A stretch of 64,000 nt of DNA, from assembly GCA_044892505.1 (NCBI GenBank), contig CM097883.1, forward strand, positions 38,502,001-38,566,000, read 5' to 3'. Position numbers and translations under genes: made by a program. Under the pieces are notes generated by a model. The model did no database searches, had not been told where the DNA came from, and saw only the letters and a list, made by a program, of their open reading frames with translations. How positions within the stretch are numbered: position 1 is the stretch's first letter; each line of letters starts with the position of its first letter. Shown here one piece after another: positions 40,101 to 44,337 of this stretch. The stretch comes from Schmidtea nova (Eukaryota).

Positions 40101-40407
40101 TGGACCAATGATCAACCAAAGCAAATTCACCCAAATTAATATTAACAAGCAAAGAAGAGAACTAATTGGAGTAGGAATACTGGCAGTATGCGTACCAGTA
40201 ATAATAATACTATCAATAATATGGTTATGGGACATAATAAAAAAGAAACCAACCAGACAATGGCCAGATATAAAGATTATGAATTGTAAAATCAAGATAC
40301 CAGAAGAAGTGAAAAAAGAATTCCAAAGAAGAACCAAAGGCAAAGAATTTTGGAAGCGAATAGAAGACGAGGAGCGACACGATGAAAAAGCAGTGATGAT
40401 AGTATAG
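25153..40407 (+). CDS. Giant gag-accessory-env-pol-accessory polyprotein, 5,084 aa uninterrupted (track start is TTG; first ATG 25519)
   Basis: A 15.2-kb stop-free frame containing all domains listed below. Confidence 0.95.
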   Translation: MRSRAVSATIEKVDNSQRNKSKQRATSATKKTNPKGSKSRRVIVEKSKVENSKFSKTNESETEESASETYDNYNNTEASDNESINTEEVEAEIDNNSNETNNEHTSETRGNESKTTQDSGIEMNEHKEEIKDKFTGEPFNGDASKLETFLKEFGIFVEMCKWKPETIRSRIQLYLKDSALDLYLEAKNSDDQLDSWEKIKNFFQQTFGINKVLNEAFTEFSMRKQKVNESNAAYASELKKLAKLAFNQNSPMSPELMAAIFVGGLRRPDIRAQVGCQGCKTIDEALEIANRFELHMIGSEGRIYLAMDTTQNEQAIKINNHIPNSQQLNRPPPQRRNEGNKIQNYGNQNNYSTQGQTKQCQTCGKLGHWQQECFANLNCKKCGRKGHAENRCYQRSCYNCGQSGHMAMNCQQQNNQQRNWSNNGNRQNYTNQQSNGNRQNFENQQSNYNQNKSTTKEIHLLQEVQRLTELINNTPRGNQQTNQQQMNMMRKVESENERLNRESQARHAQEWARIQREDEQKRQERERQPLRINMMRAANQTRDNKEDIEPETNQIKPNLVDEENQKEIIQENEEVIKQKRMLVVMPNDHVFQFEYDEKEEVGVLINKVNKTIPGTTKLPREAILQTEDDAAIKLKPTDIWKDLGVPRNKMKVTVIQEIEENNDEEKSKPVTKVKSRALKIFEERIKQRKAMEIEKRRGQIEESENSDKKEEIPPKNVPDKVEQTAHINMLRNLTREFSDVESDSDVSSLAGDMLKEPEKEDNKIEVAKMPENVQIKEDEIQKLLDNALEVIYNEEFIDKKRYRKFIRAVFRTNYKERLQSREIEILSGYVVKLLDEPLHEYIILIEINECSPRIWIKSPCTNEIYRWVEDRLGSSYKNKFIYSGNELVRRATHLVETGIWPGEITTLSICDNKKEENLQEIAKEANMCFEMRIKPQLVERKERILRENLNSLIEQIIQQIDKNREELTKTEYEKLKQCIENIRDTSHTRHSSYKTWKVIAKMGKAMFKRGEIGDLKIKVKLPNEDTKEIEVIADCTIEELVDVINETLLQREKEDELEDDIIIKYNEHVLGDHDERRLYKIGIWDNYQTIHVIRMDDTSRETPKDEKRRQERRREVMYKLRQIIEIYRRWQIQPEGENVLGELNFNERRLTPVEKHWDVKEKCWKAKGGIYEEEFRPEMEDKYEPEIRRVCMVTRKVMPTDLDGPETAAIWLETQRRKADELIELLRGNVQGKRRTIKGLAEFFVAGGEDIISLRKVAKAVTEYKRVNEWCPEQLDNVIKKWRNQENSQEPPQKIHLRIIYPDREKEELWVRLTEKIRDVKKRLKYEPPFHLQHQGRSLENDMEIWITPAQLELANTLTVDAIAGQPLKLKEKRVRESEDTQNLKKTMQITPGTSARQYETTSIKIQERTRPQPYDTEEILTDSDDMLEELAKLTKEKGNNIFERVQELPTTSQAINTQDEVEQEIEIEEVNEISEEEARGANTENERFTQEMEKWWEQRNNEPRDVTEETGRETRLIETGTTMDRRPRGRPKTDPANVINKTKEERRQEKWELCLKKLNKIAEAKDQEITQKCQGEGWISKTLMEILAIIDPELKKWWRINEISDKAKALHSAIAPILPELIKEKTKSSHLDWQGTTTLIKRLTEDAENDNKYVIAIAYTIYNLLTLSRGNPKSMAIEKHIKNTASIIAKEIEPYVISKGGWETFVKTNQRNSQAKNMKKKFEEILGELEKEKSGTGSGKSSLNLNSIIMMILIWLISVEGATAFEVFDCDQMALGEKYSLRGTEQCKDATPTELKVLHKEQIYHIYQEADLIKTTVNECKIYKTRFAFYCGHRHYSAIVMPGTEREAIMLQGEDCNKLFKHGEVETRDRIKIRGKAGVILQQTYYVAGAITGGEGYCQGATYPIFGVPATNMVVIDTYTVELKAYEAYFDPATGEMKTLSMCKIEASTCQTGMSTLTYRAKANECQLQLLKEAEFDEVQGKIFQEEDDDEVARGKRLQETVKGEKPFTTKVQEKEVRMRETPTVLVTSNANIGMRFVKGKPALKCGVSMLETNYPGIYVSRQAAPNAKPKIDTTDIKLHVYLNNKLDFLFHKGQASMEKIYYDLINNDCILNREILKTKLAVAITNPDSAMPLLPLNEGHFGRVVGEVMYVYICQKTQANLATTTRIRQGQCTNELEIEYKGKIRYVQPVTRIINPVSFEPNPFNCSNAYGPLYQKPDGNWVMFPSRSEVQPPREFELMQLSKGRKFSNIDVINGGIYSAKDLEAARQNILFPARREAVLSSIVTITGGTSYQGGPNYELLLSPAHFRKATENMMKAMWGRFLIFGQMMAGILGVILIIQIIRVIITQMLACFDIYKREKKVNWKLIAGFLPFLAKTMVLHGHSKDIHRIKRLLKILAKMKGTDEDVGRKFKKIMTDEQARLQLKSERKGLWERIRGDKTQDDSSDDDDNNDDCEGGQRYRNQAPQYSDKNPTEAWKCHAPPPTMYQEPLQVSGHRAMQMMPMTTLYPIIPEDYKLRRCRSMDPQDDSLTIAVMSSNTGPVLTTTIEINGKEIEAMIDTGANISAIDIKWIPQEQRQEIERTNVHVIACSKEIVEVAGRWWVKIRHQNIEIETYVAVIPALSVPCIIGTDLMPTLLKEIIIDLGTMRLKDRTGKICAMEAKVISSKQMIIPARKEKICYVKIDPTIEGDMVFEPSKRFEKRKSLQMARGLVNINNNGEIPVNVINFDEEDKIIYENERLGKLTPMIDIEIPTKRGEKAEEPIWNIDSKLLNEDQKNQLEKLLTEYKDIFAASDLDLGTCDVTVHTIPLLDETPIALRPYKLAEAQKAVAEAEVQKMLDAEVIEPSCSPWQFPVVMVKKKDGTQRFCIDYRRLNAVTKRDTYPLPDINEMLLTLQGAAYFTSLDLKSGYWQIKVKEEDKEKTAFTIGRDLYQFRKMPFGLTNAPASFQRCMNFVTHGIKQCMVYIDDLLIYSSTFEQHIQDMRDVFVRLREWKLKLKPSKCDWAKEKVTFLGHIVSAQGKEPDPRNIEKVKECPAPKTITQIQEFLGLCGYYRKFIKDYAGIAKPMQELVKKDVTFIWGQEQQTAFKTLRDKLITAPILVHPDFKKPFLLATDASGYAAGAVLGQYDDEGKERVIGYYSRTFKKHEKNYSVTEREALAIILAIKHFKYLLWGHVICITTDHQPLVWLGQHKETSSRLMRWAMQLQEYSPDIKFKSGRANSNADCMSRLTFPELIDPEVQRICVLIAEDLDFSELKKDQQEDKELGLIIEFMKSRNLDVFKDNEELTEHVKKYQHRYIIEKGWLLIQDGEKRLMCLPENRRKEIITQYHDGKLGGHMSSQKTINRMRQKYHWPTMEEDVKEWIKNCLTCATRKDSGKKWKNPLKPMPIPAEPMTTIAMDVIGPLPESLNGNQYILVITDYLTKFPEAFAMEDQKAKTVAKILVEEICCRYGTPKQILTDQGTNFMSEVFDEVTNYFRIAKLRTSPYHPQTNGQTERFNGTLIRMLSNYVCKHQTDWDEYIKLCLMAYRMSIHAATKLSPFKLMYGRECNIPIDLEYQPPLSQYMEEDDYVTKFKERMQEIWKTAELNIKFYQESYKDLHDQKKNVKTNDLKPGDWVMIETPEIIPGTVKKLQRPGKGPYEVIYRNEDNVKVKLVNRPLVRPIYVNTCRCKKVPKTITMIPEERIMTRSQTIRINMLRAEEINTTSQVDSEKIDVDKEIVRKAKEINERWEIRQEKDVLWDIRQIISDYARGCPTKPIIIELLKKIPEILVLQDTGGATALHNAISWGKTEKVKEFLKIAKETNQNLDIVNRELETPMMTATLSLADKEIVDMLINAEFNWTARDRRGNTVLNHAIMSENQMILKHITTNLTWEIEELIKGEIMKEAIRKGNTKTIWKLIQWKWPNNKTWVLDINKEFSEGQNALLRYLLEFTCDQRTMLALINRGKINISKNEEEYKLEVEKKALFRKIWVWCQKQIRKDISYKNINDFQEKYKIIIKEYKKLVEILNDPEKFNQAINQKEEESKRILTPLFNAKIDYQERLDAIHQKAKELLPEFKNTKYALEILGAIVEKVHAYAKGIYNGNDIIIIKREMPVAFLLTKERIMPIHRALRAGKDGKVIEIARVMHQCGCDMNMIDEKGDTLMVYAARAKTKVKVLEELYKAGAGLIGKTVKDNSILDVTLLGPNWEMLNFIKTITNQEEIDYLTETVKGPSVLTMMQNIKLTEEVLNWKIPNTNKPAFKVNKFMENNRNWCIQSALITYIWPEIVEIFMRREDLRFTNKPKETEKMVKWKELMKTHLQSWIKAKKEIIQYQLDNKKIPEDIEFQEFEASNLTSLYYAKLIETSNVEDDIFNEPGRDNNTDNDDDDEENNDDERNKDDDDDENSHGNPDNHEQTNKEDENQERNTKKQESKEPREDNPKNNHEKKGTSYRRNPLFRPEVLMFAIIITLMGQCEATKQEISVEMEVPIQKASTQIMNSKDIEQVCWVKENEILGDNNLLRCIIPNPERKTIIIDEMDMETWYRICTIRKPKDEKSHKTVTCQVYKTPKVRYEFANGIDLPGPFYFKITREPASRKVLQQLRTKITTPSIRNTTDKPEPKRRTKQTTRVIYNSKLLCIALIMTILKRLEEGIEMDTMTLIDMEETRMTNQKCWVRNDEKLELKESREIQKLEASKTNKVIKIIKIKTDRIHKLCLLEKERNKKGITNCKTFQAGKIITFARKMGKRNKQNFQKLTITLEITGIEQNVNGVCWRKYEKETNKHKSSQCQTIRGTTAVQIKSLERNQTYEICLVKENDQITKEDLECRIYKAPNRVKTIKAIRKNKRQQKPKHTTTESQTEPERKTSATLILWKLDDKTVEICWTMIKKYEERQPQQCEKMNKEEEIRIQNLQLDKQYEICAIEKADKFGNQQEKCGNYYTPTNTTIKGRIKKLTFGELNQTTKQMENEETIIDSYAQWKPEKVIQEVKRKQQERQQLELKLKGQYGPMINQSKFTQININKQRRELIGVGILAVCVPVIIILSIIWLWDIIKKKPTRQWPDIKIMNCKIKIPEEVKKEFQRRTKGKEFWKRIEDEERHDEKAVMIV
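25552..26382 (+). other. Gag: capsid domain plus three CCHC zinc knuckles (26230-26382)
   Basis: F.G....L..FL..F / MHR-like QKVNESNAAYASELKKLA / FVGGL; knuckles CQTCGKLGHWQQEC, CKKCGRKGHAENRC, CYNCGQSGHMAMNC. Confidence 0.93.
26887..29241 (+). other. Three to four ubiquitin-like domains (26887-27120, 27670-27885 weaker, 28192-28434, 29032-29241)
   Basis: e.g. LKIKVKLPNEDTKEIEVIADCTIEELVDVI..IIIKYNEHVL..RLYKIGIWDNYQTIHVIR follows the ubiquitin beta-grasp pattern. None ends in di-Gly. Confidence 0.6.
29728..29751 (+). other. AT-hook motif (RRPRGRPK)
   Basis: Canonical PRGRP core flanked by basic residues. Confidence 0.6.
29788..30279 (+). other. Bcl-2-like helical domain
   Basis: IEPYVISKGGWETFVK closely parallels BH2 of Bcl-xL (LEPWIQENGGWDTFVE), preceded by a ~150-aa helical region. 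BH1 (NWGR) is not recognisable. Confidence 0.65.
30388..32304 (+). other. Env-like fusion glycoprotein, chuvirus/Monjiviricetes G-like (class III-like): signal 30388-30447, ectodomain from 30448, TM 32110-32217
   Basis: IIMMILIWLISVEGATA/FEVFDC, FYCGHRHYS, GEVMYVYICQ, CTNELEI..YVQPVTRII, GGIYSAKDLEAARQNILFP and MWGRFLIFG..AGILGVILII follow the motif and cysteine order I recognise from chuviral glycoproteins. Confidence 0.8.
32779..33060 (+). other. Aspartic protease
   Basis: IEAMIDTGANISAI (D at 32830) and CIIGTDL. Confidence 0.93.
33646..34836 (+). other. Reverse transcriptase (YIDD 34045-34056) and RNase H (34477-34836)
   Basis: RFCIDYRRLN, LDLKSGYWQI, MPFGLTNAPASFQR, YIDD; RNase H TDASG, EREALA, TDHQPL, NADCMSR. 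Confidence 0.97.
35089..36170 (+). other. Integrase (HHCC, DDE, GPY)
   Basis: H..GGH..CLTC; D35347, D35527, E35635 (D-35-E spacing); GPYEV at 36061. Confidence 0.96.
36463..37698 (+). other. Two clusters of ankyrin repeats (36463-36750 and 37459-37698)
   Basis: DTGGATALHNAISWGK, RDRRGNTVLNHAI, MPIHRALRAGK, IDEKGDTLMVYAA..VLEELYKAGA. Confidence 0.85.
38470..40230 (+). other. C-terminal type-I membrane module: signal-like peptide 38470-38517, four Cys-containing FN3-like repeats, TM 40162-40230
   Basis: VLMFAIIITLMGQCEA; repeats CW..C..I..L...Y.IC...C (about 38593, 39094, 39388, 39721); LIGVGILAVCVPVIIILSIIWLW followed by a basic tail. Confidence 0.65.
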
Positions 40408-40529
40408 AGGGTGGGATATGACTGTAAATAATATTGTAAATTACAAAGCATTACCGTATATAGTATGGGTATTAGTATTATAGAGTATATAAAAAGAGAA
40501 AAGAGAAAAATAATAATGTATTTTAGAAA

Positions 40530-40865
40530 ATGAATGTACAAGGAGAAACAACCGAAATGACTTTGACTATGCGATGGAAAGCACAATGTGAAACGTTAGT
40601 TCGATCAATTAATGCACTACAGAATCAATTGGTAGAGAAGCAAAATATATTAGCAGATTGTTACAACAATATCTTTGAGCAGTTACATAAAATAGAAGAG
40701 CAACAGAGAATAATAACAGAACTAACCAGAGAGAATCAAAGATTGAGACAAACGATGGAAATAAATCAACTAACAAGAAGAGATGAATCAGAAGGTCAAT
40801 GGCTAGATTGGGTAATAAATGGATTAGAGAATGGTATAGAACCAGATTCAACGAGCGAACCATAG
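40530..40865 (+). CDS. Accessory small coiled-coil protein (111 aa)
   Basis: ATG preceded by TATTTTAG|AAA; heptad-like composition. Confidence 0.6.
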   Translation: MNVQGETTEMTLTMRWKAQCETLVRSINALQNQLVEKQNILADCYNNIFEQLHKIEEQQRIITELTRENQRLRQTMEINQLTRRDESEGQWLDWVINGLENGIEPDSTSEP

Positions 40866-40961
40866 TCAAATTGTAGCGGAAAATTGTATATATGTAAAAA
40901 TAAAACTCTAGAAAAATCAAAAACAAAGAACAAATCAATGTATGTATATATTATTGTAGAA

Positions 40962-42296
40962 ATGGATAAAGAGGAACGAGCAGTCGAGATTTTGAGAGCA
41001 GCAAACAGAAATTGGAATAAGAGATTTGTATGTGGATATTGTAATAATTTATTACGGAAACCAAAGCAAACCGCCTGTGGATGTAGATTATGCACTAGAT
41101 GTGTACAAATGTTAGAGTTAAAAGGAATAACAGAATGTTCAGAATGTAAAGAAGGACAAATAGTATTAGACGAAACGAGACCAGATAGAGCAACTCAGAG
41201 AGAAATCATGAGCATATTAATTGAATGTATAAATCCACCGTGCATATGGCAAGGACAAATCAGCGAAATTGAAAATCATATAGAAAATTGTGAAGAAAAG
41301 AGAAGCGAATGTGAAAAGTGTAAAGAAACGATAATTTTAAAAGACAAAGAGAAACACAGAGATGAATGCAAAGAGGAAGAAATCGCATGTGAATATTGCG
41401 AAATTCGAGAAACAAGGAGAAAAATTGAAGAGGAGCACATCAATATAAAAGAAGAGAAAATATGCGAACAGTATGTAGGAGTGTTCCCAAACAAATGTGA
41501 AATTACCGAAGAAGTGAAATTACGAGAACATTGGGAAAAGTGTACAGAAATACCAAGAGAATGTCCTTACAACAGATATGGATGCAAAGAAAAGAAGTCT
41601 CAACAAACGATGAAACAACATTTAGAAACAGAAGCAATCAATCATATTGAAATGACAGACAGAACAATTCAGAAATTAGAAAAGGAAGTAGAATCTCATA
41701 AAATAATGATGAACCTATTATTAGAAACGAGAGAACAGGTTGAATTAACCCGAGGAAGGATGGAAAAGAAAATAATATATAACAAGTTAATATATAACAA
41801 GTTAATACAAGAAATTGATGAGAAAAAAGATTTACCAATAGCACCTTATGTATGGAAATTAACGGATTTCCGAAATAAATTGGAAGATGCACGAAGCTGC
41901 AAGAAAACTGCGGTACTAAGCCCACCATTTTACTTATGGAAAAACGGGGCTAAAGTGAGATTGAAAGTATATCCAAACGGAGATGGGAAAAGTAATGGAA
42001 AACACGTATCGATATTTTTTGCGTTTTGCAAAGGAGAATATGACGATTTAATCGATTGGCCGATAGGAGTAGGAGTAATGATAAAAATCAGGGGTTTAAA
42101 CGAAACCATAGAAAAGAGATTCACGACAGAAAAAGGAGCAGTTACCAGTAACAGACCAACAGAAGAATGTGGATTAGCAAGTGGAGAGCCACACTTTGTA
42201 TTACAAAGCAAGATATGGGGATTATTGTATGAGGACACCTTATACATAGAAATGGAAAGGAACGAGAAGGCAGATAGAAAAGGATGGTTGGCGTAG
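40962..42296 (+). CDS. Captured full-length TRAF-like protein (RING, TRAF Zn fingers, coiled coil, MATH); 444 aa from ATG 40962
   Basis: CGYC..KPKQTACGCRLCTRC..CSEC; CINPPCIWQG..ENHIENC; ECPYNRYGC; YVWKLTDF..LSPPFY..VYPNGDG..HVSIFF..KGEYDDLIDWP. Confidence 0.92.
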   Translation: MDKEERAVEILRAANRNWNKRFVCGYCNNLLRKPKQTACGCRLCTRCVQMLELKGITECSECKEGQIVLDETRPDRATQREIMSILIECINPPCIWQGQISEIENHIENCEEKRSECEKCKETIILKDKEKHRDECKEEEIACEYCEIRETRRKIEEEHINIKEEKICEQYVGVFPNKCEITEEVKLREHWEKCTEIPRECPYNRYGCKEKKSQQTMKQHLETEAINHIEMTDRTIQKLEKEVESHKIMMNLLLETREQVELTRGRMEKKIIYNKLIYNKLIQEIDEKKDLPIAPYVWKLTDFRNKLEDARSCKKTAVLSPPFYLWKNGAKVRLKVYPNGDGKSNGKHVSIFFAFCKGEYDDLIDWPIGVGVMIKIRGLNETIEKRFTTEKGAVTSNRPTEECGLASGEPHFVLQSKIWGLLYEDTLYIEMERNEKADRKGWLA

Positions 42297-42401
42297 CAAG
42301 AGAAAATGATCGTGTAAATAAACTGTACAAAACAATATAAAATGATAAATAAACAAAAATAATAAAAGTAGTTTGATTGAAAATATTTGTAATTATAGAA
42401 A

Positions 42402-43505
42402 ATGGGAAACGTCGAAATCAGTTTACAAGAAGTAACCGAACATCAAGATGAAGTTATTTGTGAGCATTTAGAACAAATTAAAAGTTGGATCCACGCATAT
42501 TACCACAAACAAAAAGAAGTAGAAAGACAAGCTGAACAAATAAAAGAAGACAAAAGATTAAAGCGATTAAGTCAAGATAAAATAGACGAATTATATGAAT
42601 TATTGGAGAAACAAAAAGAATATTATAAAAAGATGATGAAAGATCGACGAGAAGAAAGAGAGCGAGAACGAACAGAAATGGAACGGAAAATGTACTCCAT
42701 TACCGAGCAAGCAAGATATTGGAAAAAAGAAGCGAAAGAATCTTATACGAAAGCAAGAGAAATAATCGAAAGAACGGCGTACAGCGATGATTGGAAATTA
42801 TTTGAAGAAATCGATAAATTAAAAGAGGAATTAGAACAGAAAACCTATCAGGAAATATCGAACAAAAAATGGAATAAAAAGAGACAACAATTCATCAGAG
42901 AGCAAGCAGGAAAAATTAAACAACTTATGCACCAGATTGAAAGGTCGGAAAGAGAATTATATTTCAGTAAACAACAATCAGATGCAAACCTCAGAGCAGG
43001 GATGCAGAAAGAGGAAGATATGAAGCGCGATATTAATGGTTATCAAGGAGTAATCACTCAAAAGAAGATAGAGTTAAAGAAAACTAAAGAAAGATTAGAA
43101 GAAGCAAAACAAAGCTATGAAGAAAATTTATTAAAATTAGAAGAAGCAAAACAAAGCTATGAGGAAAATTTATTAAATCTAACCAAAGAAAATGAAGAGT
43201 GGAAACAAAAATTGACACAAAAATTAACACCACCAAAAGAGACAGATATCACCAAAGCAGTAATAAAAATGATGGAAGAGGAAGAGAAAAACAATAAAAT
43301 AACAGAATTAGAAAAACAGATCGAAGCGTTAACAGAACAATCAAATTATTTAGAATATCTGTTAGACGAAGAAATTCAATTATCACACTTCTATCGAGAC
43401 GAAGTAACAATGTGGAGAAACACGATAGTGTGGTTACCACCCCCTACAAACCAAGTGGAACCTCAAGATGAAGGTTTTCACGAACCCAACGAGTCGTTAG
43501 TTTAA
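42402..43505 (+). CDS. Accessory long coiled-coil protein (367 aa) with a tandem 14-aa duplication LEEAKQSYEENLLK (42 bp, 43095 and 43137)
   Basis: Long E/K/Q-rich open frame; ATG preceded by AATTATAG|AAA. Confidence 0.75.
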   Translation: MGNVEISLQEVTEHQDEVICEHLEQIKSWIHAYYHKQKEVERQAEQIKEDKRLKRLSQDKIDELYELLEKQKEYYKKMMKDRREERERERTEMERKMYSITEQARYWKKEAKESYTKAREIIERTAYSDDWKLFEEIDKLKEELEQKTYQEISNKKWNKKRQQFIREQAGKIKQLMHQIERSERELYFSKQQSDANLRAGMQKEEDMKRDINGYQGVITQKKIELKKTKERLEEAKQSYEENLLKLEEAKQSYEENLLNLTKENEEWKQKLTQKLTPPKETDITKAVIKMMEEEEKNNKITELEKQIEALTEQSNYLEYLLDEEIQLSHFYRDEVTMWRNTIVWLPPPTNQVEPQDEGFHEPNESLV

Positions 43506-43578
43506 AGAAGCGAAAAATTCGTTGTAAATATCTGTAAAATAACAATGTCAAACTGTATTGACAAATTTGTAAAGTGAA

Positions 43579-44143
43579 ATGAAGAAGCTCGCAATACTGA
43601 TAATCCTAAACGTAATCGAGATCACCCAACAAAGAGAAGACCGTCCGATATCAAAAGAAAACCTACAAGTCTTACCCGATAAAATCTATAAAGAAATAGA
43701 TAATCTATTTAAAAGAAACAGCTAAAGAAATATCTCAAATTCAATTGTCAACAGCACCTAACCCAGTATCAACGCAACAAACCCTGTGCAAAATCAATAA
43801 CAAATTAGAGAAGATTCGAAAAACCCTAAAAGAAAGTAAAGAAACTATAAAGAATTTACATCGAGCAGAAATTCAATACCAAGAAAGATGGATCGTTGCG
43901 ATTATAATCGTATTAACAATTAGTACAACAACCTGCGCAATTACCATTCTCATCGCAGTATATAGAATAAAGATCCTAAAACAAAAACAATCGATCATCA
44001 ATCAAACAACAGCATACGATGACAATGCCCGAAGACAAATGAGAAATCAGTTCAAAAGAATACGAACCCAATACGAGTTACCAGCAATTCCACAGAACCA
44101 GTCCAATCCAGTGCGAGTTATGAACTATTTGTATAAACCATAA
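43579..44143 (+). CDS. Small type-I membrane protein, split by a 1-nt frameshift in the A4 run at 43711-43714
   Basis: ATG 43579 gives MKKLAILIILNVIEITQQ..LFK. Removing one A joins it to ETAKEISQIQL and the track ORF 43745-44143, which has TM WIVAIIIVLTISTTTCAITILIAVY. Confidence 0.55.
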
Positions 44144-44337
44144 ATACTTGACAGAATATTTGATTAACAACTATCTGAATTCTCTTTATATTTTCTTCGT
44201 GATTATGAGTAGATAAAATCACCTTATGTGAATCTTTATGCTTATGTATCAAACGCAAAATATTTTTTTATGAATGTTGAGTATAAGTAATAGTGTATAA
44301 TTAATTGCGGGACGCAATTTTAGGGGTCCCCGAGTGA

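Noticed and set aside
25368-42330. Many minus-strand ORFs (60-240 aa) within the element
   Set aside because: They are F/L/S/I-rich antisense shadows of an extremely A-rich sense strand, with no domain motifs.
43705-43725. Programmed -1 frameshift at TTTAAAA
   Set aside because: The heptamer is in the wrong phase and joining the ORFs needs +1; an indel or assembly error is more likely.
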